Source of the DNA: Octopus vulgaris
Lineage: Eukaryota
Direction of reading: 5' to 3'
Length of the DNA stretch: 64,000 bases
NCBI GenBank assembly: GCA_951406725.2
Contig: OX597837.1
Location: 23,932,001 to 23,996,000, forward strand
Shown here: in pieces, positions 37,691 to 50,026 of the stretch
Layout of the letters: each line of letters begins with the position of its first letter
Numbering within the stretch: position 1 is the stretch's first letter
Notes under the pieces: generated by a model
Databases searched by the model: none
Told to the model about the DNA's origin: nothing
Seen by the model: only the letters and a program-made list of their open reading frames with translations
Position numbers and translations under genes: made by a program

Positions 37691-37693
<3 letters not shown>

Positions 37694-38436
37694 TTCATAA
37701 AACAGTGTAAACAAATGAAGAAAAAAACAGGGTAGAATAAAGTCTGGCAAACAAGGTATTAGCTGAATGTTTGCAAGAAAGGGTAAGACTGTCTTTGATA
37801 TTTCTGATGTGAATAATAAAGGAAAGAGGGGTAGAGAGAGAGAGAGAGAACAGATATATCACCACCATCATCATCGTCATCATCATTATCACTATCATCA
37901 TCAAATATATCATTTAACTTCATTTTTCGTGCATTGTGCTCCATGTCAGCTTTGGCATGGTTTCTGCAGCTGTTAGTCCTTCCTTTTGCCAATCACTTTA
38001 CAGTGTGTACTGGGTGCTTTTTTCTTTATTTGTGCCACCAATGCACTAAGAAAAAAAGGGGCAAAAAGGTAAAAGCCCCCTTGCCTAAGTAGGGTAGTGT
38101 CTGAGAAGGTAGGATGGAGAATTTATGACAGGGACAAGCTATGGTGAAGATACATAGCTATCCTGCATTTATATAAAGATGGAAAGGAATGTGTGTCTTT
38201 GTGTCTGTGTTTATCCCTCTACCACCACTTGACAACTGGCGTTGGTGTGTTCGCCTCCCCTGTAACTTAGCGGTTTGGCAAAAAAGATCAATAGAAAGAG
38301 TGCCAGGCTTACAAAAAAGCAAGTACTGGGGGTTGGTTCATTCAACTAAAATGTCATGGTCGTGCACCAGCAAGATCACAGTCTAATGACTGAAACAAAT
38401 AAAAGAAGCCAAATATATATATAATAGCACATATAT

Positions 38437-38662
38437 ATTTCTTTACTGCCCACAAGGGGCTAAACATAGAGGGGACAAACAAGGACAGACAAACGGATTA
38501 AGTCGATTATATCGACCCCAATGCGAAACTGGTACTTTATTTATCGACCCCGAAAGGATGAAAGGCAAAATCAACCTCAGCAGAATTTGAACTCAGAACG
38601 TAACAGCAGACGAAATACAGCTACGCATTTTGCCCGGCATGCTAATGTTTCTGCCAGCTCGC
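38437..38662 (-). mobile_element. SINE family B
   Basis: Consensus match; flanked by aatatatata..agcacatatat duplication. Confidence 0.9.
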
Positions 38663-38940
38663 AGAATATATATAGCACATATATGTTGGATTGAAAAATT
38701 CTTTTGGATAAAAAAAAAGTCAAAGGGAAGAATACCTGTCATATCTACAGGGGAGGTGGATTAGAGTCCCACATGTAACCTTTGCTTTCTTCTACCTGAA
38801 AGGGTTTCTCAACCCAGCTTTTCACATTTATTTATAGCGTTTATGTGCTTCAAGAACCAATTCCAAAACAGAATTATTTCACATTTTCTCAAAAGTTTAT
38901 AAACTTTTATGATGTCAACAGCATATATATATATATATAT

Positions 38941-39153
38941 TCAAAATGTGACCACGTGTGTACCGTTGGCGATTTTTTTTTCCTCTGTCTTCCCTTCTCT
39001 GGATCCTTCCTTTTCCTACGTTTCTGATGAAGAGCTTCGGTCGAAACATTAAACCCTCCTTCTTCCCTTCCTTCCTGAGTGTCTAATAATACTACATTTG
39101 TTCCACGTCCTCGCGTTGTTGTGTTTTCTCTTTGTGTTTTCATGTTTGAATTA

Positions 39154-39158
<5 letters not shown>
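38941..39158 (+). mobile_element. Penelope-type pseudo-LTR fragment flanked by (TA)n
   Basis: Contains a CTGATGA...GAAA motif; partial relatives at 17301-17388 and 26237-26320. Confidence 0.65.
39020..39054 (+). ncRNA. Minimal type I hammerhead ribozyme motif (canonical core, mutated stems)
   Basis: gttt-CTGATGA-a-gagc(ttc)ggtc-GAAA-catt-aaac. Confidence 0.55.
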
Positions 39159-39188
<30 letters not shown>

Positions 39189-39489
39189 TAGTCCAAAATG
39201 GTAGCAAAAACCAATGTTCCATGTGATAGAATTAATAGAGCTTCCTTAACATGAAACCAATGGTAGCCTTAATCCACAAATAAAGAATTTTTATTCACCA
39301 GTGCAGTATTGAGTACTCATTCTCAATGTTTGATATTTATGCCTCATGAGTTCTTTTTTTTCGTGGTTTTGGTTTTAACTGCCCTTTCTAGCATGTAAGG
39401 AGTCCTGTCAAGGGGCTCCTCCCTGTGTATAAAAATATTTTATGCACTTTATATTTTTAAATCTTTTTATCTTTTGCCTTTTTTAATTT

Positions 39490-39644
39490 TTTGACTGTGG
39501 CCATGCTGGAGCACTGCCTTTAGTCAAGCAAATCGACCCCATGACTTATTCTTTGTAAGCCTAGTACTTATTCTATCGGTCTCTTTTGCCGAACTGGTTG
39601 TCAAGCGATGTTGGGTGGACAGACACAGACATATACACACACAT

Positions 39645-39689
<45 letters not shown>

Positions 39690-39850
39690 CATACGACGGG
39701 CTTCTTTCAGTTTCCATCTACCAAATCCACTCACAAGGCTTTGGTCAGTCCGAGGCTATAGTAGAAGACACTTGGCCAAGGTGCTATGCAGTGGTACTGA
39801 ACCCAGAACCATGTGGTTTATAAGCAAGCTACTTACCACACAGCCACTCA
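39490..39850 (-). mobile_element. SINE family A with internal deletion
   Basis: Lacks the gctaagttacggggacgtaaacacacc segment. Confidence 0.85.
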
Positions 39851-39856
39851 TATATA

Positions 39857-39887
<31 letters not shown>

Positions 39888-39889
39888 GC

Positions 39890-39989
<100 letters not shown>

Positions 39990-40489
39990 CAATAACAAAG
40001 ACTTTCTTCCACTTGAGGATGTAGCTTAAATTTTGCATTATTTTAAAGGATTTTTTACATTTTGCATTAATGGAGGCATGTAAGTAATTTATTTTTTATT
40101 AAATATGACAATATAAATTATTTACATGTTTTTAAGTTAAAAAAACAATTTGTCGTGATATTAAGATTTTCTTATTGTTAAATAAAATTTCATCAAACTG
40201 TTTCTCTGTCATTTATGACTTTATACACACCTTACCATTTTCTTTTGTATATTACTATACATTCTCTATGTTTTGTAGAATGATACATTAAGGAATATTT
40301 TTTTATGAGTACTGCTGGATTGCTTGAATCCATATACTGTCACTTAAATATATATATATTTATATGTATGTATATATATACACACACACGTGTGTGTGTG
40401 TGTATACATACATATAAATATATATATATACACATTTCAATTGAATCTTCCGTGTATTAACCTCCTTGCGACAAATGTATATATTCTTT

Positions 40490-40603
40490 TATTCTTTTAC
40501 TTCTTTCAGTCAGTTAACTGCAGCCATGCTGGAGCACTGCCTTGAAGGGTCTTAGTCAAACATATTGACCCCTGGTCTTATCTTTTAAGCCTAGTACTTA
40601 ATG

Positions 40604-40635
<32 letters not shown>

Positions 40636-41115
40636 TAAAACATCAAAAAATACCTTAGGAATGAGAACCCAGGTTCGAAATTTCCCTAAGACATCTGATT
40701 AATGCTGGAGGGTATATCAGCCGAAACGTTGTGTTAACAATAAATAAGATGAGGACAAATATCCGTCAAATGTAAATAATGTACATAATTCCTCATCTCT
40801 TAAATATAGAACTGTAGTACTTATTTTATCGGTCTCTTTTGCTGAACCACTAATTTATGGGGATGTAAATACACTAACACCAGTTGTCAATCTGTGATGG
40901 TGGGGTGGACAAACATAGACACAAAGACACACACACACACACATATATACATACATGTATGACAGGCATCTTTCAGTTTCTGTCTACCAAATCCACTCAC
41001 AAGGCTATAGCCCATAGCTATAGAAGAAGACACTTGCCCAAAGTGCCATGCAGTAGAACTGAACCTGGAACCATATGGTTGGGAAGCAAGCTTCTTATCA
41101 CACAGCCACACTTGT
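40490..41115 (-). mobile_element. SINE family A interrupted by a Penelope-type insert
   Basis: Insert 40601-40814 flanked by the 9-bp duplication tagtactta (40592-40600, 40815-40823). Confidence 0.8.
40690..40735 (+). ncRNA. Minimal hammerhead motif of family G (core mutated)
   Basis: gacat-CTGATTA-atgctg(gagggtatat)cagcc-GAAA-CGTT-gtgtt. Confidence 0.5.
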
Positions 41116-41129
41116 GCCTATGTATATGA

Positions 41130-41173
<44 letters not shown>

Positions 41174-41269
41174 AAAATTAGATAAGGTTAGAAATTGATA
41201 TTAATCAATTAAAACCAGTGGCCTAGCATATTTTTAAAAAATCCGAAGATTAAACATTTTTTTACATAT

Positions 41270-41396
41270 AAAATTTAGAGGACTGACCACTAAAAGTGGA
41301 TAGCCTGTACGCTAGATATAGACGGAAAATGGCGATTTTGACGTCTATATCTAGCATACAGGCTGTCCACTTTTAGTGGTCAGTCCTCTAAATTTT
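41270..41396. repeat. Near-perfect foldback hairpin (~60-bp arms)
   Basis: aaaatttagaggactgaccactaaaagtggatagcctgtacgctagatatagacg versus cgtctatatctagcatacaggctgtccacttttagtggtcagtcctctaaatttt. Confidence 0.9.
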
Positions 41397-41898
41397 GTAT
41401 TTATATATATTTGACTTCATTTCAAAAATCGTTAGGGGTACTACCTTGAGAAAAGCTGCATGCATATGTATACCCTGGGTGAACTTATAATGCAATAGAA
41501 CCAACAAGATGCAATTAAATGCCACATCTTAGGACATGTAGGAAGCAGAATCACATGTCAAACTGAAATTTAAAGTGAATGTATATAAAAATAAAACTGT
41601 AAATAAACAGGTTTTTGAGGAGGTATAAATTCTCCGTTCTTATTTCTTGTCTTAGAATTGATATCCTAAAACTAATGTGCCATATAGGAAGCATCAGTAC
41701 AGGTGATGGTGCCATGTAAAAAGTACTGGTGATGGTGCCATGTAGAAGCACCTAGTGCACTCTGTAAAGTGGTTTGTGTTAGGAAGGGCATCCAGCTGCA
41801 GAAACACAGCCAAAACAGACTGTGGAACCTGGTGCAGCCCCTAGTCGGTCCAATCCATGCCAGCATGGACAACAAACATTAGATGGTGATGTGCGTAT

Positions 41899-42295
41899 AC
41901 TTTTTACTCTTTTACTTGTTTCAGTCATTTGACTGCGGCCATGCTGGAGCACCGCCTTTAATCGAGCAACTCGAACCCGGGACTTATTCTTTTGTAAGCC
42001 CAGTACATATTCTATCGGTCTCTTTTGCCGAACCACTAAGTTACGGGGACATAAACACACCAGCATCGGTTGTCAAGCAATGCTAGGGGGACAAACACAC
42101 ACACGCATATATATATATATACATATATATGACGGGCTTCTTTCAGTTTCTGTCTACCAAATCCACTCACAAGGCTTTGGTCGGCCCGAGGCTATAGTAG
42201 AAGACACTTTCCCAAGGTGCCATGCAGTGGGACTGAACCCGGAACCATGTGGTTGGTAAACAAGCTACTTACCACACAGCCACTCCTACGCCCAT
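41899..42295 (-). mobile_element. SINE family A
   Basis: Consensus match. Confidence 0.9.
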
Positions 42296-42659
42296 GTATA
42301 TCTATATGCATAAAGCATTTATTGATCAAAATAAAATGGTATAATACAAGGGATGTTTGGATCATTGTAATAGTTTGAAAAAGTGTCAAAGATGTTTCTA
42401 TGGTTCTATTTTCATTATACAGATTAAAACTTATTTATAGGAAACTTAAAGAAAGTAAGAAAAATTTGTAAAACATTCTAAAACTTTGGGCAAAACCCGA
42501 CCCAAAAGATTTTAACACAATATTGATGCTTCCAGAATAATCTTTACGACAATGATAACAGAAAAATTATATTTTTGTTTGAATTTCATATTCACAGAAT
42601 TTCATCAAATTTTCCTCTAAGAAAATATTTGTCTTATAACTTTCTCATTATTATGAATA

Positions 42660-42696
42660 CTTACATACACACACACACACATACATATATATATAC

Positions 42697-42743
<47 letters not shown>

Positions 42744-42816
42744 CATATATATACATATATATATATATACATATATACATATACATATATACACATATAT
42801 ACATATACATATATAC

Positions 42817-42885
<69 letters not shown>

Positions 42886-42890
42886 TATAC

Positions 42891-42939
<49 letters not shown>

Positions 42940-42946
42940 TATATAC

Positions 42947-42987
<41 letters not shown>

Positions 42988-43020
42988 TATATACATATAT
43001 ATATATACATATATATATAC

Positions 43021-43100
<80 letters not shown>

Positions 43101-43180
43101 ATACATATATATATATACATATACATATATATATATGTATATTTACACATATACATAAATATTTTATACATATATATATT
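42660..43180. repeat. (TA)n/(TACA)n microsatellite, ~0.5 kb
   Basis: Directly visible. Confidence 0.95.
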
Positions 43181-43344
43181 TATGTATGTATTTTGCTTCT
43201 CAGCCAGGCAAAATATTTTTATTGGTGCACACATGGGTGTGTGGGAAGAAGTTTGCTTCCCATTCACATGTCTCTGGGTTCAATCCCACTGTGTGACACC
43301 TTGAGCAAGTGTCTTGTACTGTAGCCTTGGGTCTACCAAAGCAT

Positions 43345-43747
43345 TCATCATCATCATCATCATCGTTTAACATCCGTTTTCTGCGCTAGCATGGGTTGGA
43401 CGGTTCGACCGGGGTCTGGGAAGCCAGGAGGCTGCACCAGGCTCCAGTCTGATCTGGCAGAGTTTCTACAGCTGGATGCCCTTCCTAACACCGACCACTC
43501 TGCAAGTGTAGTGGATGCATTTTACATGCCACCGGCACAGGTGCCAAGGGAGTCTGGCAGCAGCCACGATCGGTTGGTGCTTTTAACGTGCCACCGGCAT
43601 GGAAGCCAGTCAAGGCGGCGCTGGCATCGGCCACGTTCGGATGGTGCTTTTTATGTGCCACCGGCACAGGTATCACAACTACTATTTCCATTGATATTTA
43701 TTTTGATGTTCATGCACTTGACTCAGTAGGTCTGTACTTGACTCAGT
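43345..43747 (-). mobile_element. RTE 3'UTR/tail (family C) nested in a SINE A (43230-44035, +)
   Basis: (CAT)n tail and three hairpin units; the SINE resumes at 43750. Confidence 0.8.
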
Positions 43748-43800
43748 AGCATTGTGAATGGATTTGAAAGATGGAAACTAAAGGAAGCCCACTGTGTGTA

Positions 43801-43834
<34 letters not shown>

Positions 43835-44050
43835 TCTTTGTGTTTGTCCCCCACCACTGCTTGACAACTGGTATTGGTTTGTTTATTCCCTGTAACTTAG
43901 CAGTCAGACAAATGAGTTTGATAGAACAAGTACCAAGCATTAAAAACATAAGTATTCAAGGCAGTTTCTTTGACTAATCTTTCAAAGTGATGGCCAAGGA
44001 TGGCTGCAGTCCAATGATTGAAACAAGTAAAAACATAAAATAATACGCAC

Positions 44051-44644
44051 CTCAAGATAAGAAATCTTTGAACTTTAATTCATCCGTATCTCTATTTATT
44101 ATTATTATTTATTAATTATTATTATTCTGATCCCCCTAGTCGCCACTCTGTTTACTATTTCAGCCTCGCCTCGTTTTTTGCATATTCTGTATAATTCACT
44201 AGTTATCGTTATAGATATTTAAGATCTATCTCCCTTATAGAAATTGGCTGCCGATTCTTCGCGGGGTTTTTCTCTTCCCTTCTCTCCCCCTCTTTTTACA
44301 TTGTCGTCTGTCTGGACTCCTCTCTTCCTACCACTCGCCATGGCTATGCATACTTAAGCTAGTAAACTGCCTCATTCTTGATTCCGAATTCCTTTTGCCA
44401 AGTCTGTCCGTAAACAAAGTGATCTCAAGATAAGAAATCTTTGAACTTTAATTCATCCGTATCTCTATTTATTATTATTATTTATTAATTATTATTATTC
44501 TGATCCCCCTAGTCGCCACTCTGTTTACTATTTCAGCCTCGCCTCGTTTTTTGCATATTCTGTATAATTCACTAGTTATCGTTATAGATATTTAAGATCT
44601 ATCTCCCTTATAGAAATTGGCTGCCGGCTGCCGATTCTTCGCGG
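44051..44644. repeat. Direct repeat, period 373 bp, ~1.6 copies
   Basis: ctcaagataagaaatc at 44051 and 44424; apparently identical over ~214 bp apart from a 7-bp ggctgcc duplication. Confidence 0.9.
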
Positions 44645-44721
44645 CGCGCCCGCCCTACCCACCCCCACCACCAATACCGGATATCTCTATTTTGCTCCAA
44701 CTATACCGGATGTCGTTTCTC

Positions 44722-45498
44722 CCACCACCATTATAGGTGTCTACTCTTTGAAACCCCTCTTCAATACGCTATTTCACCATGCATTACCCCTCTCTCGATA
44801 TCCTACGTTCTACTTGCCTAGAACCCGTCCTCTGAACCACCCCTCCCACTGGTGCTCCCCTATATTTCTGCACCCCCCACCATCATTATAGGTGTCTACT
44901 CTTTGAACCCCCTCTTCAATACGCTATTCACCATGCATTACCCCTCTCTCAATATCCTACGTTCTACTTGCCTAGAACCTGTCCTCTGAACCACCCCTCC
45001 CACTGGTGCTCCCCTATATTTCTGCACCACCCTCACCACCATTATAGGTGTCTACTCTTTGAACCCCCTCTTCAATACGCTATTCACCATGCATTACCCC
45101 TCTCTCGATATCCTACGTTCTACTTGCCTAGAACCTGTCCCCTGAACCACCCCTCCCACTGGTGCTCCCCTATATTTCTGCACACCCCCCACCACCATTA
45201 TAGGTGTCTACTCTTTGAACCCCCTCTTCAATACGCTATTTCACCATGCATTACCCCTCTCTCGATATCCTACGTTCTACTTGCCTAGAACCTGTCCCCT
45301 GAACCACCCCTCCCACTGGTGCCCCCTATATTTCTGCACCCCCCACCACCATTATAGGTGTCTACTCTTTGAACCCCCTCTTCAATACGCTATTTCACCA
45401 TGCATTACCCTCTCTCGATATCCTACGTTCTACTTGACTAGTACCTGTCCTCTGAACCACCCCTCCCACTGGTGCTCCCCTATATTTCTGCACCCCCC
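44722..45498. repeat. Tandem array of five near-identical ~155-bp units
   Basis: ttataggtgtctactc at 44731, 44886, 45042, 45198 and 45352. Confidence 0.95.
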
Positions 45499-45610
45499 CA
45501 TAAAAAGCACCATCCGAACGTGGCCGATGCCAGACCCCGGTCGAAACCGTCCAACCCGTGCTAGCGCGGAAAACGGACGTTAAACGATGATGATGATGAT
45601 GATGATGATG
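45499..45610 (+). mobile_element. Internally deleted RTE 3' tail (family C)
   Basis: taaaaagcaccatccgaacgtggcc fused to ccgtccaacccgtgctagc...gttaaac(GAT)n. Confidence 0.8.
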
Positions 45611-45614
45611 ACAT

Positions 45615-46030
45615 AGGCGCAGGAGTGGCTGTGTGGTAAGTAGCTTGCTAACCAACCACATGGTTCCGGGTTCAGTCCCACTGCGTGGCATCTTGGGCAA
45701 GTGTCTTCTGCTATAGCCCCGGGCCGACCAATGCCTTGTGAGTGGATTTGGTAGACGGAAACTGAAAGAAGCCTGTCGTATATATATGTATATATATATA
45801 TATATATGTATGTATGTGTGTTTGTGTGTCTGTGTTTGTCCCCCTAGCATTGCTTGACAACCGATGCTGGTGTGTTTACGTCCTCGTCACCTAGCGGTTC
45901 GGCAAAAGAGACCGATAGAATAAGTACTGGGCTTACAAAGAATAAGTCCCGGGGTCGATTTGCTCGACTAAAGGTGGTGCTCCAGCATGGCCGCAGTCAA
46001 ATGACTGAAACAAGTAAAAGAGTAAGAGTA
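45615..46030 (+). mobile_element. SINE family A, full length
   Basis: Consensus match. Confidence 0.9.
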
Positions 46031-46306
46031 CCCACGCGCACACACACACACACACACATACATGCACGCACATATTTAATTTAACAATAAAATTAATTTT
46101 ACACGTCTATTTTATCTTTAGTTTTTTTTTTTTGTTTCATAATATTGTCTTATGTTTATAATGCTTATTTTTGATTGATTATTTAATATTTCATTGTTTT
46201 AATTAATTAATAGAAAAAAATATTTTCTTTTTCCATAGTTTTTTTTCTTTAATTTTTGTTATAACTTTGTTTTATTTATAGAACAAAAAAGTACGTGTTA
46301 AAGTGT

Positions 46307-46375
<69 letters not shown>

Positions 46376-46529
46376 GTGTGTGTGTAAACATTGAGGAGTG
46401 TTATGATTGCAAATCAGCTTTTCTCTCATTGATTTTGCTATGCATGTATACCAGACAATTTTCTGTATAAAATGGATACGCACATGTACACGCACACACA
46501 AACATATATAAATGTGTCTATGTATATAT

Positions 46530-46654
46530 GTGTGTGTTATATGTATAACTGTATATATTTGTGTGCATGTGTGTGTGCATGTGCATGTGTGTGTAATATG
46601 TGTATAACTATGTGTGTGTAACATGTGTACAATTATGTGTGTGTGAGTATATAT

Positions 46655-46692
<38 letters not shown>

Positions 46693-47070
46693 GTATAACT
46701 ATATATATTTGTGTGTGTGCGCGTGTGTGTGTAATATGTGTATAACTGTGTGTGTAACATGTGTATAATTATGTGTGTGAGTATATATACACACACATAT
46801 ATATATGTGTATAACTATATATATTTGTGTGCATGTGTGTAATATATGTGTATAACTATGTGTGTGTAACATGTATATAATTATGTGTGTGTGACTATAT
46901 ATACACACATATATACATATATGTATAACTATATATATTTGTGTGCATGTGTGTGTGTAATATATGTGTATAACAATTTGTGTGTAACATGTGTACAATT
47001 ATGTGTGTGTGAGTATATATATACACATACACACATATATATATATATATATATGTGTGTGTGTATACAT
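46530..47070. repeat. TA/TG-derived minisatellite (~115-150-bp units, about 4 copies)
   Basis: gtataactatatatatttgtgtg...taacatgtgtacaattatgtgtg recurs. Confidence 0.8.
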
Positions 47071-47582
47071 GCACACACAGATATACACTGATGTACATAT
47101 ACATCCTTGGCAGACAATTTTCTGTATCAAATATGTATATGCAAATAGTTGCATATATATAAAAAAAAATTGGTGTATATATACGTGTGTGTGTGTTTGT
47201 ATGAATACATGTTTGTGCACCTGTACAAGTTTGTATATCTATAGTAGACAATTTTCTTCAAGCAATCAACTAAGTAATCATTGATAATACTGGGTCGTTC
47301 TTGTTGTTGTTGTAAGATATAAGATTTGATTTAAATATCTTTGCATATTTTATGTATAGCCGGGAACGACTTCCATTCCTGGAACAAAACAGTGACAGTT
47401 CAAAGATATAAACACCAAATATTGGCCAAAGAACCGCGGTCAATAATCAATTCTTACAAATTTGTATCTATCATCTTTTACTTGTTTCATTCTTTGGACT
47501 GCAGCCATGCTGGGGCACCACCTTAGATGGTTTTTAGTCAAATAAATCAACCCCAGTTGTTATGTGGTACTGGTGGCTGACA

Positions 47583-47802
47583 GGCAGAATCGTTAGCACG
47601 CCGGGCGAAATGCGTAGCCGTATTTCGTCTGCCGTTACGTTCTGAGTTCAGATTCTGCCGAGGTCAACTTTGCCCTTCATCCTTTCGGGGTCGATAAATT
47701 AAGTACCAGTTACGCACTGGGGTCGATATAATCGATTTAATCCGTTTGTCTGTCCTTGTTTGTCCTCTCTGTGTTTAGCCCCTTGTGGGTAGTAAAGAAA
47801 TA
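47583..47802 (+). mobile_element. SINE family B with 17-bp target-site duplication
   Basis: ggtactggtggctgaca at 47566-47582 and 47803-47819. Confidence 0.92.
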
Positions 47803-48057
47803 GGTACTGGTGGCTGACAATTACAAACACAAAGATACCCACATATATCCTGGGGTAAATGACTTGTTCCTGGAGTTCGAGAGGGCCAGCCTTGTCACAT
47901 TCTGTGTACCTTGCTGAATCTCCCTGAGAACTGCATTAAGGGTGTGCATGTCTGTGGAGTGCTCAGCCACTTGCACATTAATTTCATGAGCAGGCTGTTC
48001 TGTTGATCGGATCATCTGATTCACTTGTTATTGTAACTAACAAAGTGCCCAGCTATA

Positions 48058-48090
<33 letters not shown>

Positions 48091-48355
48091 GGGCAGGCAG
48101 GCAGCTGCAGCAATGCATTGTTGGGTCTAAAGAGCAAGATGAGGCAAATAACGCATCTTGATCATTTACTGCATCCAGCTCAGACACGCCACCTGAGACA
48201 CGCCAGTGGCATGTAAAAAGCACCGTCCAAACATGACCGATGCCAGTGCCCCCTGATTGGCTGTCGTACTGATGGCATGTAAAAAGCACCCACTACATTC
48301 TCAGAGTGGTTGTCATTAGGAAGGGCCTCCAGCTTCAGAAACATTGCCAGATCAG

Positions 48356-48585
48356 GCATCAAGCTGGCAGAAACGTTAGCACACTGGACGAAATGCTTTG
48401 TTATATTTTATCCGCTGCTGTGTTCTGAGTTCAAATTCTACCGAGGTCGACTTTGCCTTTCATCCTTTCGGGGTCAATAAATTAAGTACCAGTTACGCAC
48501 TGGGGTCGATGTAATCGACTTAATCCATTTGTCTGTCCTTGTTTGTCCCCTCTATGTTTAGCCCCTTGTGAGCAATAAAGAAATA
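48356..48585 (+). mobile_element. SINE family B with 19-bp target-site duplication, inserted in a family C tail (48203-48695)
   Basis: agaaacattgccagatcag at 48337-48355 and 48586-48604. Confidence 0.9.
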
Positions 48586-48808
48586 AGAAACATTGCCAGA
48601 TCAGATTGGAGCCTGGTGCAGCTGCTGGCTTTCCAGACCTCAGTCAAACCGTCAAACCCATGCCAGCAGGAAAACGCACATTAAACAATGATGATCATAA
48701 TGTCTCTGTCCCCAATTATCTTGATCAGATCTTGCCACTGGATTAGAGATGGTCACAAGTGAGAAAGCAAGGCTGATGGTGTGCAACTCTTCTTCACTTT
48801 AAACAATT

Positions 48809-49383
48809 CATCATCATTGTACGACCGTGGTCGAGACAATGGAATTTACCATGCTACGCCAGACTTCACGGTCCATCATGGCATTACGGAGGTCCTGTTG
48901 CTGGATGCCTGTATCCCTGGAGATTACATCAGGGTAGGAGAGTGTGTGCCCTCTGGTATTGCGGGTAGATGGCTTCCAGAGGAAAAGAGTAGAAATTACC
49001 TCTTTTTCAGCTCTACAACAATGTCCAGCAAACTGGACTCTCTTACCTTTCACAAGAGATGACACAGGTGGTAGTTTCCCATATATTTGCATTTTGGTTG
49101 GATGACGCTTCCATGAGAGATTTTGATCTCTCATAAGGAGGTGAGTGTAGGTTCCATCCAACCGCCTCTCAAGCTTCTTTGATAACGTCCAGGTTTCTGA
49201 GCCATATAGTAGAATTGGTTCGACTGTGGCTTTGAAGATTTCAAGTTTGAAGTCTCTACTTATATTTGATGACCAGATCTTATGCATGTCATTACAGGCT
49301 GACCAGGCCATACCCTTTCTAGTTAGAAAGTCTTTTCCAGATGATGATATGTATGACCCAAGATATTTGTAATCAGAAACCAT
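48809..49383 (-). mobile_element. RTE-group LINE, 5'-truncated; uninterrupted 189-aa RT thumb/C-terminal ORF
   Basis: DYKYLGS...PILLYGSETWTL...DREVWR motifs; the stop codon runs straight into a (TGA)n tail. Confidence 0.85.
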
Positions 49384-49582
49384 ATTTAAACAAATTCACC
49401 CCACAAGTTATCATTCATCCTTAAGGATGTCTAGATGGTCATCATCATTCTGACAGACAATCATGGTAAATTAAGATGGAATCATTAAGCAAAGAAGCAG
49501 TTCAGGCTGATGAAGATATGAAATTGCTAGAATATTGGACAAGAAGATGTTTTGTACTGTACTTTCTCCTAACGTTAACCCC

Positions 49583-49638
49583 TTAACCCTTTCGAAACAC
49601 AGAGCATCCCAAAATAAATACAGTAACGAAAGGGTTAA
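49583..49638. mobile_element. Minimal piggyBac-like MITE remnant
   Basis: TTAA-ccctttcg...cgaaaggg-TTAA; interior matches the right end of the 19310-20247 MITE. Confidence 0.6.
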
Positions 49639-50026
49639 TGGTATGCAACAGGTGTTTTAGGGCTCAGCTAATGGTGTAGGCTTCCAGTGTCAGATGAGTG
49701 AATGTCAATAAGAACATATTTGATAAATGCTATGGCAGTAAGTGGGATTCATCTTAGGATGATTTAGCTGTTGTTTCTAGCTAGGTAAGCAACCATGTAA
49801 AGGCACTTTATAGATTGGGGTCAATAAAATATGTACCAGTTAAGCATGGAGTCAATGAAAACAAATATTTCATCCCCCAAAATCGCAAGCCTTGTGCTAA
49901 AACTGAAAACCAGTATTATTAATACAATAAATTTTGGCACATAACTGGTATTTTATTTTCTCTCTACTAAAAGCATGAAAGCTTATATTCATCCAGCTTG
50001 ATCTGAACTCAGAAAATAAAATACCC

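Noticed and set aside
44968-45583. Repetitive His/Pro-rich ORFs
   Set aside because: Read-through of the 155-bp array; unit lengths of 154-156 do not preserve frame.
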